From IMG/VR virus record IMGVR_UViG_3300035158_000865, positions 1 through 52,778 of that record: DNA of 52,778 nt. One strand, given 5' to 3'. This DNA comes from a virus. Lineage: Duplodnaviria > Caudoviricetes. How positions within the stretch are numbered: position 1 is the first letter of the stretch; each line of letters begins with the position of its first letter. Below the pieces are notes generated by a model, which saw nothing but the letters and a program-made list of their open reading frames with translations, was not told the DNA's origin and ran no database searches. Shown here one piece after another: positions 17,951-27,460 of the stretch. Position numbers and translations under genes: made by a program.

Positions 17951-18283
17951 TTACTCCTTTTCATCCATTATATCTTGTGCATTACTAAAAAGTGATAAAG
18001 TTTTTAACCATTTATAACTTTGAGTTAAAATATTATTACCATGTATTTCTAGTGCATCAGGATGTAAAAAGGTTCTAAAATCTGAACCGGTACATTTATA
18101 TGATATTCTTATTACTTCTGGTTTCTTATTCAATCTTGCTTGTTGATCTTTATACACAAATACTGATACTCTAGCACTACCTTGTTCATTTACTTTGTTA
18201 ATATAATTTATCTCACATACTTTTATATAAGCATTATCCATTTGTATACCGTTTTCTAATGTTATATCTTTCTTTAAAGCCAT
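17951..18283 (-). CDS. Tail fibre assembly-type small protein
   Basis: MALKK...NG....NAYIKV...QSYKWLKTL..FSNA.D pattern, typically found beside fibre genes. Confidence 0.55.
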   Translation of the reverse strand: MALKKDITLENGIQMDNAYIKVCEINYINKVNEQGSARVSVFVYKDQQARLNKKPEVIRISYKCTGSDFRTFLHPDALEIHGNNILTQSYKWLKTLSLFSNAQDIMDEKE

Positions 18284-18296
18284 ATTTCTTCTCCTA

Positions 18297-19730
18297 TCAC
18301 ATTCTCTCCATTAATAGCCAACTTTCACCACTTATTGTATCACAATCACTAAAGTCATCACCTTCTCTATTTGCCATTATCTCTATATAATCACCATCAC
18401 TCAAATCAACTAAAAATGTTGCTCCATTTGTTCCATTATCATGATCACTATTTCTTACATATGAATATGAAGTAGAAGGTACAATTCTAGTTGAACCGTT
18501 TTTCCTTGCATAACATCTTATATTTTTTCTACTACTATCTTGTGAATCATAAGATATGTTATATGTAACCTTATATGTGGCCGTTTGATTAACATATACT
18601 CTTGAAGCATTTGAGGAGGTACTATGTGTATAATCACTTCCTTTATGAGTTTCATTATCAAATGGAATAGGCGCTGCAGTAGAATTATTTACATCTATAC
18701 CACCTGTTCCATCAAATACCTGTAACAAATTTGCTGTAGAAGATGCTGAATTTACATTCACTGTTACTTGACCTCCGCCATTATCTGTAACAGTAACATC
18801 TCCTGTCATATTCAGAGTATCTATATTGTATGCTTTTGGAGTTTCATCTTCCCAAACATCTACGGTTGTACCACCTGGGTCACCTCTTTCACCTTTTCTA
18901 GTTTTTAGGCTTTGTATTGATAATATTGAGTCTTGAACAAGTGTTGTAGTATTACCATATTGTTCCCTACTAGCTTGTAAAGTTATGTGATCACCAGCTG
19001 TCAATTCTACTATAAAACATAAAGTTAATGAATGTGTTTCTCCTTCATAGAAATCTCCAAAACCCTGACTACCGTTGATAACAGTACTATCATTTACCAC
19101 TACTCTTGAATAAACTTCAGTTCTACTACTTCCACCATAATCAACATCAGCATTTATATTATAATTTATTATATAAGGTCCTGATTCTTTTATATTTATT
19201 CTATCATCATTAGTGTTGTCATGTTCTAGTATTTCAGTATCAATTTCCACATCAGTGATATTGAAACCTACATCTTGCCAGTTAGAATCTAAAGTAAGAT
19301 TAGTATCTTTTCTAGCTTGAACACATGGTTGATATGCACTGGCTCCAGAAGTCTGTAAACTATCAAGAGTCTCTAGTGCCGCTTGAACATTTGAATCACT
19401 AGGACCAAGATTATTACTAAAGTTAGATGTATCAACTGTTACAGCTGAGGCTGGAGGAGTATCAAAATAATCATCTTCATCATCTTGCCATTCAGATAAA
19501 ATATTAATATGCTTCAAACCATTTTCTATTGATAAATCACTGGTACCATCATTAATAACAATGGTACCAGCAGATACTAAATTTACCAAATCTTTTGAAC
19601 TTGATATATCAACAAAATCAAAAGTATCTGTGAGGTTCCTTTGACCCAAGGAAAGTTTTACAACAACACCCAAGTCTTCTATAGTCACATCACCAGAACT
19701 TACATTTTTTGCAATTACGATGTTTGACAC
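18297..19730 (-). CDS. Receptor-binding/appendage protein with two C1q/BclA-like beta domains
   Basis: Shared N-terminal domain; two I...(G/A).Y.(I/V).YNI...L..GD.I units; GERGDPG linker. Confidence 0.65.
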   Translation of the reverse strand: MSNIVIAKNVSSGDVTIEDLGVVVKLSLGQRNLTDTFDFVDISSSKDLVNLVSAGTIVINDGTSDLSIENGLKHINILSEWQDDEDDYFDTPPASAVTVDTSNFSNNLGPSDSNVQAALETLDSLQTSGASAYQPCVQARKDTNLTLDSNWQDVGFNITDVEIDTEILEHDNTNDDRINIKESGPYIINYNINADVDYGGSSRTEVYSRVVVNDSTVINGSQGFGDFYEGETHSLTLCFIVELTAGDHITLQASREQYGNTTTLVQDSILSIQSLKTRKGERGDPGGTTVDVWEDETPKAYNIDTLNMTGDVTVTDNGGGQVTVNVNSASSTANLLQVFDGTGGIDVNNSTAAPIPFDNETHKGSDYTHSTSSNASRVYVNQTATYKVTYNISYDSQDSSRKNIRCYARKNGSTRIVPSTSYSYVRNSDHDNGTNGATFLVDLSDGDYIEIMANREGDDFSDCDTISGESWLLMERM

Positions 19731-19745
19731 ATTGATTCTCCTATA

Positions 19746-21947
19746 TTAAGCTCTCCAAGCTATTTCTACCATAACTATCGGATCTTCAACATTACTATCT
19801 GAATCTAACCAAGCTTGTAGAAAATCTCCAGCTGATATATCTGTATCTATAGTTGAAGATGTATCATGTGCACCAACCTGACCGTTCATAACTTGTAATG
19901 ATTCTATATTTGTTGCAACATCATTTTTTCTAACGTAGAAAGTTGCGTTTCCTGCTGGTGCTGCTGCATCTAATTCAGCTGACATAGAAACTATTGTAGC
20001 ATTTCTAGGTACTCTTATACCACTATTATTAGATGTCATATCACTTCCATAAAATGATAAGTATTGGTCTCGTGTATTACCTCTCTTACCAAACATCAAG
20101 AACATTCTTTGTACAGATAGCCATTTACTTCTATCAGAATCATATGCGTAAAGAATACCATTAATTACTGCTAGTTGACCTGCAGCCGAACCTGTAGAAG
20201 GTGCAGATGCTCTATCTGTTAACTCTACAGGTGCATAATTTCCACTAGTAGAGTCAAGTTTTACTGAGCCGCTATCTACTGTTATAACTCTACCTGAACC
20301 AGAACCACCATTAGCATCATAGGCAGCATCTAGAGTATATGCGCTAACATTAGCTGATAAAGTACCTAAAGTATCATCTATATCACTTATAGCTGTCTCC
20401 AAATCCCCTGTACTAATATAGTTATATGTTCCTTCAACATCAATCTCTGAAGCATCATGTTTATTGGCTCCACCATCAAGGTGAGGATTCCAATATGTTG
20501 ATGCTGATGTCTCTAGAGAGTCAATTCTCGTATCTAAATTTCCAGCTGAGGTTTCTATATTTCCTAATTGAGTATCAATATCACTTATAGCTGTTTCTAG
20601 ATCACCAGTACTTACATAAGTATATGTTCCTTCAACATCAATTTCAGAGGCATCATGTTTATTAGCTCCACCATCAAGGTGAGGATTCCAATAATTGGAT
20701 GCTGATGTCTCTAGAGAGTCAATTCTTGTATCAAAATTTGCTGCAGATACTTCAATAGAATTGAGTTCTGTATCTATATCACTTATAGCTGTCTCCAAAT
20801 CCCCTGTACTAATATAGTTATATGTTCCTTCAACATCAATCTCTGAAGCATCATGTTTATTGGCTCCACCATCAAGGTGAGGATTCCATGAACTACTGGC
20901 TGAACTTTCAAGAGAACTAATTCTTGATTCATAGTCTCCAGCTGAAGTTTCTATATTTCCTAATTCAGTGTCAATTTCACCAATAACTGTTTCCAAATCA
21001 CCTGTTGTTAGATAAGTATATGTTCCTTCAACATCAATTTCTGATGCGTCATGTTTATTAGCTGTTCCATTAAGGTGAGGATTCCATGAATTACCAGCTG
21101 AAGTATATAGAGATGATAGGGAAGTATTTAAATCTCCAATAGCTGTTTCCAAGTCTGTTGGAGCACTTGGAAGATAAGTATATGTTCCTTCAACATCAAT
21201 TTCTGATGCGTCATGTTTACTAGGTCCTCCATCAAAGTGATCAGTCCAATCAATATCGGCAATTTTTTGCCATGTTTGGGTTGCTTCCTGCCATACATAC
21301 TGTGCTTGTTTTGTGTCACCATCATCTTTTACTAATACAGCATCGTTAGCACTTGGTGTATAAGTATGTGACCATGTTCCACTTGTTAATTCCCAAATAT
21401 CTTCTTTAGAATCATTAAGATTAATAACTCTATTACCTTCTGCTGCTGATACCGATACATTCCAAGTAGAACCATCATACTTGTATAGGTGATTATCATC
21501 CGTATCAACATAGAAATCACCTGAAACGGGGCTACCAGGAGAACCAGATGCAATATCTCTAACTCTAGCCAGTACTGGGTCTCTCCATCTAGGACTACCA
21601 AACTCAGGAGTATTTGTTATGTTATTCCAATGAACATTGGAACTTCCTGAGGTTTGTAACTCTGTTTTGTTATAGTATAAATCTTCTAAATCTTTAATAT
21701 TTTCTACAGTCAACCATTTTACACCATTAGCTGCTGATAGATCGGAAGTACCGTCATTAACTACCAGACCTGTCGAACTTCCTAGTGCTACTAAATCCCT
21801 TAAATCATCTGAACCTGCTATTTCTGGGTAAGTCAGCTGATCGGAAAGAGTTATTTGTGCACCATTATTGATGGTAAAACCCAAGTCTTCCACAACTTTG
21901 GATGTACCACTTACATTCTTTATGATAACTGTCCACATTGCTGCCAT
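19746..21947 (-). CDS. Fibre protein (733 aa) with 66-aa repeats
   Basis: Shared N-terminal domain; five KHDASEIDVEGTY units; C-terminal domain paralogous to 21954-22412. Confidence 0.75.
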   Translation of the reverse strand: MAAMWTVIIKNVSGTSKVVEDLGFTINNGAQITLSDQLTYPEIAGSDDLRDLVALGSSTGLVVNDGTSDLSAANGVKWLTVENIKDLEDLYYNKTELQTSGSSNVHWNNITNTPEFGSPRWRDPVLARVRDIASGSPGSPVSGDFYVDTDDNHLYKYDGSTWNVSVSAAEGNRVINLNDSKEDIWELTSGTWSHTYTPSANDAVLVKDDGDTKQAQYVWQEATQTWQKIADIDWTDHFDGGPSKHDASEIDVEGTYTYLPSAPTDLETAIGDLNTSLSSLYTSAGNSWNPHLNGTANKHDASEIDVEGTYTYLTTGDLETVIGEIDTELGNIETSAGDYESRISSLESSASSSWNPHLDGGANKHDASEIDVEGTYNYISTGDLETAISDIDTELNSIEVSAANFDTRIDSLETSASNYWNPHLDGGANKHDASEIDVEGTYTYVSTGDLETAISDIDTQLGNIETSAGNLDTRIDSLETSASTYWNPHLDGGANKHDASEIDVEGTYNYISTGDLETAISDIDDTLGTLSANVSAYTLDAAYDANGGSGSGRVITVDSGSVKLDSTSGNYAPVELTDRASAPSTGSAAGQLAVINGILYAYDSDRSKWLSVQRMFLMFGKRGNTRDQYLSFYGSDMTSNNSGIRVPRNATIVSMSAELDAAAPAGNATFYVRKNDVATNIESLQVMNGQVGAHDTSSTIDTDISAGDFLQAWLDSDSNVEDPIVMVEIAWRA
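20377..21240. repeat. Coding tandem array, about 198-bp period, 5 units
   Basis: GGATTCCA recurs at 198-bp spacing near 20490, 20688, 20886 and 21085; 20377-20491 and 20773-20888 are essentially identical. Confidence 0.9.
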
Positions 21948-21953
21948 TATCTT

Positions 21954-22412
21954 TTACCTCCTCCATGCTACTTCTAATTTTAAAATTGGATAGTGTATTC
22001 TTCCACTATTGATAACCATATATGCCTGTAACCAATCATCTTTGTTAACATCTATATTTAGATTATTAGATGAATTACCATTAGAACCAATTGTTATAGT
22101 TATTGTAGCTAGGTTAGTAGATAAACCATTTCTTCTTATGTGAAAATCTGCGGTGGTAGGATTTACATGCTGTTTTACTTGAACTGATAGAGATGTTATT
22201 ATCCCATCTCTTGGAATTTTCACACCTGTTGTAATAGTTTCAACACTTCCTACTGATGCTAGCCACCAACTATCTCTTAAATTTCTACTATCCATACCGA
22301 ATAAATAATTATCTCTATTCACACTTAACCACTTACTTCTAGACTGGTCATAGAACCACATAATTCCATCAGAAGAAGAAAAATTCGGTATATTTTTTTG
22401 GTCAATAAGCAT
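21954..22412 (-). CDS. Stand-alone paralog of the fibre C-terminal domain
   Basis: YDQSRSKWLSVNR...GVKIPRDGIITSLS...LEVAWRR versus YDSDRSKWLSVQR...GIRVPRNATIVSMS...VEIAWRA. Confidence 0.75.
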   Translation of the reverse strand: MLIDQKNIPNFSSSDGIMWFYDQSRSKWLSVNRDNYLFGMDSRNLRDSWWLASVGSVETITTGVKIPRDGIITSLSVQVKQHVNPTTADFHIRRNGLSTNLATITITIGSNGNSSNNLNIDVNKDDWLQAYMVINSGRIHYPILKLEVAWRR

Positions 22413-22440
22413 AATAAATTTCCATATATTACTCTGTTAG

Positions 22441-22500
22441 TATTTATATTATTTCATCTGTATTAATTATAAAAATAAAATATTTTATATTTAATAAATA
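22441..22500. promoter_or_regulatory. Divergent late promoters (TATAAATA minus 22441-22448; AATAAATA plus 22493-22500)
   Basis: Each lies about 28 nt upstream of a divergent start codon in an AT-rich spacer. Confidence 0.65.
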
Positions 22501-22528
22501 ATAGGTGAGAACTAGTTAGGAGAATAGT

Positions 22529-23203
22529 ATGAAATTTTCAAAATTCTTAAATGAATTAGCAAATGAGAAGTATGGTAAGGGAATTACCTTTATAGATATT
22601 GATGAAACTATATTCCACACTTTCGCAAAAATCTATGTGATGAAAGATGGTAAAGTAGTAAGAAAGCTAAACAATCAAGAATTTAATACATACGAATTAC
22701 AGCCTGATGAATCTTTCGATTTTAGAGAATTTAGAAACGCTAAAATGTTTAAAAAAACATCAATACCTATACCTAAGACAGTTAAAAGAATAAAAAGAAT
22801 GTTACAAAATATTAAAAGAAGGGGTTCTAAGATTATATTTTTAACTGCTAGAAGTGATTTTGATAATAAGACTGAATTTCTAAGTACTTTCCAAAGACAT
22901 GGTATACCAATGGCTGATATATATGTAGAGAGAGCAGGTAATAGACAAGAAGGTACAGTAGCCAAGGCTAAGAAAAATATAGTCATGGAATATCTTAACA
23001 CCGGAGAATTTAGAAGAGTTAGGCTTATAGATGATGATATGACTAATTTAAAAAAGTTTCTTAGTATTGCTAAAAATATTACTCAACATATAATAGATAA
23101 AGTAAAAGATAGATATAATATAAAAGAAGGAGAAGTTGATAATATAATTGAATTTTTTGCTTTACATGTTAAAGAGAATGGAAAATTAGAGAAAATAAAC
23201 TAG
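22529..23203 (+). CDS. HAD-superfamily phosphatase with CTS-like leader
   Basis: FIDIDET, FLTAR, K, LIDDD motifs; MKFSKFLNE. Confidence 0.8.
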   Translation: MKFSKFLNELANEKYGKGITFIDIDETIFHTFAKIYVMKDGKVVRKLNNQEFNTYELQPDESFDFREFRNAKMFKKTSIPIPKTVKRIKRMLQNIKRRGSKIIFLTARSDFDNKTEFLSTFQRHGIPMADIYVERAGNRQEGTVAKAKKNIVMEYLNTGEFRRVRLIDDDMTNLKKFLSIAKNITQHIIDKVKDRYNIKEGEVDNIIEFFALHVKENGKLEKIN

Positions 23204-23209
23204 GAGGGA

Positions 23210-23422
23210 ATGATGGGAAGTAAAACATGCAAATATTGTAAAATGGAGCATGTTGTATTAAATAAATTGTTAACTTCTGGTATAGACGTTTTGATAAAGA
23301 AAATAAAAGAAAATGAAGGCAAAGATAAGTTTATTCTAGAAGTTGGTGTGGCTAAAGATATAATAAAAAACTTAGATTACCTAAGAAAATTTATAACAGA
23401 TTTTACATGTAATGGGGGATAA
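23210..23422 (+). CDS. Hypothetical protein (CxxC)
   Basis: GGAGG SD; CKYC. Confidence 0.55.
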   Translation: MMGSKTCKYCKMEHVVLNKLLTSGIDVLIKKIKENEGKDKFILEVGVAKDIIKNLDYLRKFITDFTCNGG

Positions 23423-23425
23423 TTA

Positions 23426-23656
23426 ATGTTACAAATTTTAACGGATATATTTACTTTGATAGCTGATCCTGTTTATATAACTTTAATGATGATAATAGGT
23501 GTATTATTATTAGTTATCAGACAACTTTTCAAAATGCTTGATACTGAAAGAAATCATGTTCTTGATTATATAGAACAATTAAATGAAAACACTAACTGTT
23601 TAGGAAAGTTAACTACCTTGATAGAAATATTAGTCAACAGGAAAGAAAGACAATAA
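23426..23656 (+). CDS. Single-TM plus coiled-coil membrane protein (holin-like?)
   Basis: VYITLMMIIGVLLLVI followed by an amphipathic helix. Confidence 0.5.
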   Translation: MLQILTDIFTLIADPVYITLMMIIGVLLLVIRQLFKMLDTERNHVLDYIEQLNENTNCLGKLTTLIEILVNRKERQ

Positions 23657-23699
23657 TTATAGATGTAGCTTGTAGATTTGTTAATAGGAGTGTTATAGA

Positions 23700-23882
23700 A
23701 TGATACTTAAAAAAGTAATAGAGCTTTTTAAAGAACCTCAGGAAAATGGTAAACACCTAGAAATTATTAAGAAAAGAAGTAGCAGGAATGAAAAAAAAAT
23801 TAATGAACTCTTTGAAAAGGTAAATGGTGGAAAAATTAATGAGGCTGAAAAATTTTCTTGCGGAACAAAGATCAGAGCCTAA
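23700..23882 (+). CDS. Hypothetical protein
   Basis: AGGAG SD; operonic. Confidence 0.45.
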   Translation: MILKKVIELFKEPQENGKHLEIIKKRSSRNEKKINELFEKVNGGKINEAEKFSCGTKIRA

Positions 23883-24393
23883 TAATCCCTTCTTAATATT
23901 TGAAGCCTTAAATTTGAATGAAGAAGTATCAGATAAAACATTCAAAGTACTAAAGAGGGCGGCTAAAAAAATAGGATTTAGGCTAAAAAGATCGGATAGT
24001 TTGATGGATTATATTAAAAGAGCAGGTAGTGGTATTGAAAATCTGCTTAGATATGCAACTTTGTATGCTTTTGCAAGAGATCCTAAACAGAAGAAGGAAT
24101 TTGTAGAGGATATGAGAAAATCCATGAAAACTATGAGTAAAAAGGAGGTTATCTCTTTCTTTATGCAATTAGATAGAGCAGCATTAGGTATTACTGCTAT
24201 ACCTAGACATGTTCTAATGAGTGTATTTGGATTAGAAATAGCTACTTATAATCAATGGATGGAAGATGTTGATTATATGAAGAAAGAGATTAAACATATA
24301 AGAAAAACTCTAAAAAGGATGGGAGATACCGAAGCTGAATTAAAAGCCTTAGATAAATTTGAGAAAAAAATATCAAAACTGGGAAAAGTATAA
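23839..24393 (+). CDS. Putative internal head protein
   Basis: Likely start MRLKNFLAE, in frame 15 nt after the track start. Confidence 0.6.
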   Translation: MRLKNFLAEQRSEPNNPFLIFEALNLNEEVSDKTFKVLKRAAKKIGFRLKRSDSLMDYIKRAGSGIENLLRYATLYAFARDPKQKKEFVEDMRKSMKTMSKKEVISFFMQLDRAALGITAIPRHVLMSVFGLEIATYNQWMEDVDYMKKEIKHIRKTLKRMGDTEAELKALDKFEKKISKLGKV

Positions 24394-24668
24394 TGAAAAA
24401 ATTAGATATTACTGTGAATAAGTACTTGAGCAATAATTTATTAAACGAGAAGAATCTGAAAAGTGTTGTTGGTATGCCTATAATAACAACCAGAGCAACA
24501 AAACTAAAGGATGGTACTAAGATACCTCCAAAGACTAGAGGTGTTGTGTTTAAAGATTTAGGTGATAAAGCAATGGTAGATGTTGAATTAGTAAAGGAGT
24601 ATGATGGTAAAGCTAAATCCTTTACTAAGAGGGTGGTAATGCCGAAGAAAGCGTTGGCATTAGGATAG
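24393..24668 (+). CDS. Putative internal head protein (SH3-like)
   Basis: Leader ...VNKYLSNNLLNE; DG.KIP..TRGVV pattern. Confidence 0.5.
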   Translation: MKKLDITVNKYLSNNLLNEKNLKSVVGMPIITTRATKLKDGTKIPPKTRGVVFKDLGDKAMVDVELVKEYDGKAKSFTKRVVMPKKALALG

Positions 24669-24684
24669 TGGGGGATAAAAGTAT

Positions 24685-25017
24685 ATGAATATTGAAGAAA
24701 AAATGAATAAGTACTTGGATAGTGTTTCTTATAGGAGTATTAATGAAGATGGACCTATAAGTGAAAAAGGTGCGTTAAAGTTTGTTTTCAAGCTTCCAGA
24801 TGAAGGTAAATTTACTGCAGAGTTCCTAGACGGTACAAAAACTACTATTGATGTTGATCCAAAAGATAAATCATCTGGTAATTATGCCTTTATAGGTAAA
24901 GACCATGGAACCATTTTTCAAACATGGTCAAAAAAACCTTCTGCTGAAGAAGCAATGGATGTTTTAGCAAGAGTAAAATCTCCTAAACATGGAAAAGGAG
25001 TAAGTGATGAAGATTAA
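24685..25017 (+). CDS. Putative internal head protein
   Basis: Leader MNIEEKMNKYLDSVSYRSINE. Confidence 0.5.
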   Translation: MNIEEKMNKYLDSVSYRSINEDGPISEKGALKFVFKLPDEGKFTAEFLDGTKTTIDVDPKDKSSGNYAFIGKDHGTIFQTWSKKPSAEEAMDVLARVKSPKHGKGVSDED

Positions 25018-25168
25018 AGAAATTGTAAAGAAATATTTAGAAGAACAAGGTACTATAACAAAAGGGGTAGCAAAAAATTATACTGGTACTAAAACTACTA
25101 GTGCATCCAAAAAATTAAAGAAGAAAGAGAAGAAGAACAGAAAATCTCTTATGTATAGGAGAAAATAG
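25007..25168 (+). CDS. Small basic 53-aa protein not in the ORF track (MKIKEIVKKYLEEQG...)
   Basis: AAGGAG SD, open frame filling the gap, CTS-like leader, Lys-rich tail. Confidence 0.65.
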   Translation: MKIKEIVKKYLEEQGTITKGVAKNYTGTKTTSASKKLKKKEKKNRKSLMYRRK

Positions 25169-25170
25169 AA

Positions 25171-26721
25171 ATGCCTTTACCAAAACCTAAGAAAGATGAA
25201 AGCAAGGATAATTTTTTGCCTCGTTGTATCTCCGAATTAAAAGATATGAAAGAATTTAATTCTCATGACCAAAGAGTAGCCGTATGTTATTCTCAATGGA
25301 AAAGGAGCAATGAATCAATGGAAATACTAGATAGAATAGATAAAGTACTAAATGAAACAGGTATTAGAAGAATAAAAGATTTATCTAAAGAGTATAAGAC
25401 TGCTGAAATTTACTTTCATAAAGATTTAGATGGTGTAACATCAGCAATAGGTATGAAAACTTATCTAAAGAATTATGGAATTAAAGTAGTTGATGCGCAC
25501 CCCATACAATATGGTGGTGAAGAATATGCGGTTCCAAAGCCTAAAGATAAAACTCTAGCAGTAATGGTAGATTTTGCTCATGGTAAACCGGTAATGCATA
25601 TACATACTGACCACCATGAAGGTCAAGTAGGTTTCTCCAAAACAGCTAGCACTTCATTTGTCAAAACTCCTTCTAATGCTGCATTTATATCACAAACTCT
25701 AAGTCCTAAAGATTTGTTCCCACCACAAGATACTAAAATTATAAGTACTGTTGATTCTGCTGATTTTGCCTCTCAAGGATTAACTCCTGATGATATAATG
25801 AGGGCAACATTTAAAGTAGATAAGGAAATAAATGTAAGTAAAAACCACAGAGCAATGGGTCTTGTTGTAAACAAATTAACATTAGCTTACAAAAATAAAG
25901 ACGGTTTTCTTAAAAGGTTAGTAATGGAAGCTAAACCGTCTTTGATGTCTATGTTTAATGTTTTAAAAAAATTAGCAAAAGAAGCAGGTTATAAACCTCC
26001 TGAAGAAGTAGAGAGTGGAACAAAAGAATATGCTGATGTACAAAAAAGTAAGATAAAAAGAAATGTAAATATAAAGAGTTTGAAGAGTGGAGAACAAACT
26101 ATTGTTGGTACTACTATTTTTCAATATGGTGGAGGCTCAATGTTTAAAGGTTATGATAGATACACACCTTTCAAAAATAATCCCGAAGCTGATTATTTAT
26201 GTATAGCATGGCCTATGGGTCTCCTTCAATTATCAAAGAATCCATTTAAAGGAGCCATAAATCCATATCATTTAGGTGATATAGCAAATAAAGTATTAAA
26301 GAAGTTTAAAAGTAAGCTAAAAAATATAGAAGTAACATTGAATTACTTGAAACAAACATTTGAAAGAGATATCCAGAAAAAGAAAATTAAAAACGCTATG
26401 GGTTTCACATTTGATGATTTAATAGCTCTCTATGAAAAAGACTTAAAGGGTTTAGTAGGTTCAAGAAGATGGAAAGATATGATAAAAGATATAACTAATA
26501 AACCATACAGTAGGTTATCACCAAAGCAGAAAGATGTTATGAAAAAAGTTAGTATTAATTTATGGGACTTGATAACTTCACAATCAGGAGGACATAAAGA
26601 TATTACTAACATAAGCGGATTTAATTTTGCTGGTAAAGGTTTTACTGATATTTTAAGAGATGTTCAAGCAGCATTCGCTAAAGAAATGAAAAATAAGTCT
26701 TTAGAGGAGAAAGAAAGATAA
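25171..26721 (+). CDS. DHH/DHHA1-family phosphoesterase
   Basis: FHKDLDG, VDF, TDHH and C-terminal GGH motifs; extra N-terminal MPLPKP...RC...VC module and internal MEILDRIDKVLNE. Confidence 0.8.
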   Translation: MPLPKPKKDESKDNFLPRCISELKDMKEFNSHDQRVAVCYSQWKRSNESMEILDRIDKVLNETGIRRIKDLSKEYKTAEIYFHKDLDGVTSAIGMKTYLKNYGIKVVDAHPIQYGGEEYAVPKPKDKTLAVMVDFAHGKPVMHIHTDHHEGQVGFSKTASTSFVKTPSNAAFISQTLSPKDLFPPQDTKIISTVDSADFASQGLTPDDIMRATFKVDKEINVSKNHRAMGLVVNKLTLAYKNKDGFLKRLVMEAKPSLMSMFNVLKKLAKEAGYKPPEEVESGTKEYADVQKSKIKRNVNIKSLKSGEQTIVGTTIFQYGGGSMFKGYDRYTPFKNNPEADYLCIAWPMGLLQLSKNPFKGAINPYHLGDIANKVLKKFKSKLKNIEVTLNYLKQTFERDIQKKKIKNAMGFTFDDLIALYEKDLKGLVGSRRWKDMIKDITNKPYSRLSPKQKDVMKKVSINLWDLITSQSGGHKDITNISGFNFAGKGFTDILRDVQAAFAKEMKNKSLEEKER

Positions 26722-26752
26722 AAAGAATAATAAGAGAGTTGGAATCATTATT

Positions 26753-27196
26753 ATGAAATTCAAAGAACATGTTGATATGTATGAAGTACCAATGATAAAA
26801 AAACATAAAGAGAAGAAACTTAATCCTAAAACCAATAGGATGAAGACTAGAAGAAGCACTATATATCATAAAACGAATATACCACCAGAAAAAAGAACAT
26901 TCAAAAACTTACCTAGATATTCCAATGATATGCCTAAAGTAAGATTTCAAGATTGGCTTCTTATAAAAAAGGGGGAGTTGCATGGTTCTACAGTAGACTC
27001 AATAGGAAAATCTGAAGCTGATGGTAAATGGTATGGTTGGAGCCATAGAGCTGTATATGGTTTCAAAAAAGGTGATAAAATTACAGCAAAAGACTACATA
27101 GGTAGAGATTTTATCAAAAAAGAACCACCTTTTACTATTGGAAACGAAAAAGAAGCTAAAGAAATGGCTATAGCTTTCGCTAAAGAGATTTCTTAA
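26753..27196 (+). CDS. Hypothetical phage protein
   Basis: IG.SE.DGKWYGWSHRA.YGF motif; leader MKFKEHVDMYE. Confidence 0.6.
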   Translation: MKFKEHVDMYEVPMIKKHKEKKLNPKTNRMKTRRSTIYHKTNIPPEKRTFKNLPRYSNDMPKVRFQDWLLIKKGELHGSTVDSIGKSEADGKWYGWSHRAVYGFKKGDKITAKDYIGRDFIKKEPPFTIGNEKEAKEMAIAFAKEIS

Positions 27197-27447
27197 TTAT
27201 TATTCTGTTCATTACTCAATTTTAGCAACTTGTTACACTGGTTTCCTAATTCAAGAGCATTTTCCAACAACATAAAGTTTAATATTGACATTTTACTATT
27301 ATAATCTGGAGCCTTTGATAATCTTCTTTTTATCTCATCTTGATATTTTTTCAAACCAGGTCTTTGTTCTAGAATCTTTTCAATTTCCTTCTCATATTCC
27401 TTTATTGTTTCTTCTCTATTTCTACAATCACCTTTGTTTTCACTCAT
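27193..27447 (-). CDS. Hypothetical protein
   Basis: GGAGG SD; last gene of the replication operon. Confidence 0.6.
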   Translation of the reverse strand: MSENKGDCRNREETIKEYEKEIEKILEQRPGLKKYQDEIKRRLSKAPDYNSKMSILNFMLLENALELGNQCNKLLKLSNEQNNN

Positions 27448-27460
27448 ATACTAATCCTCC

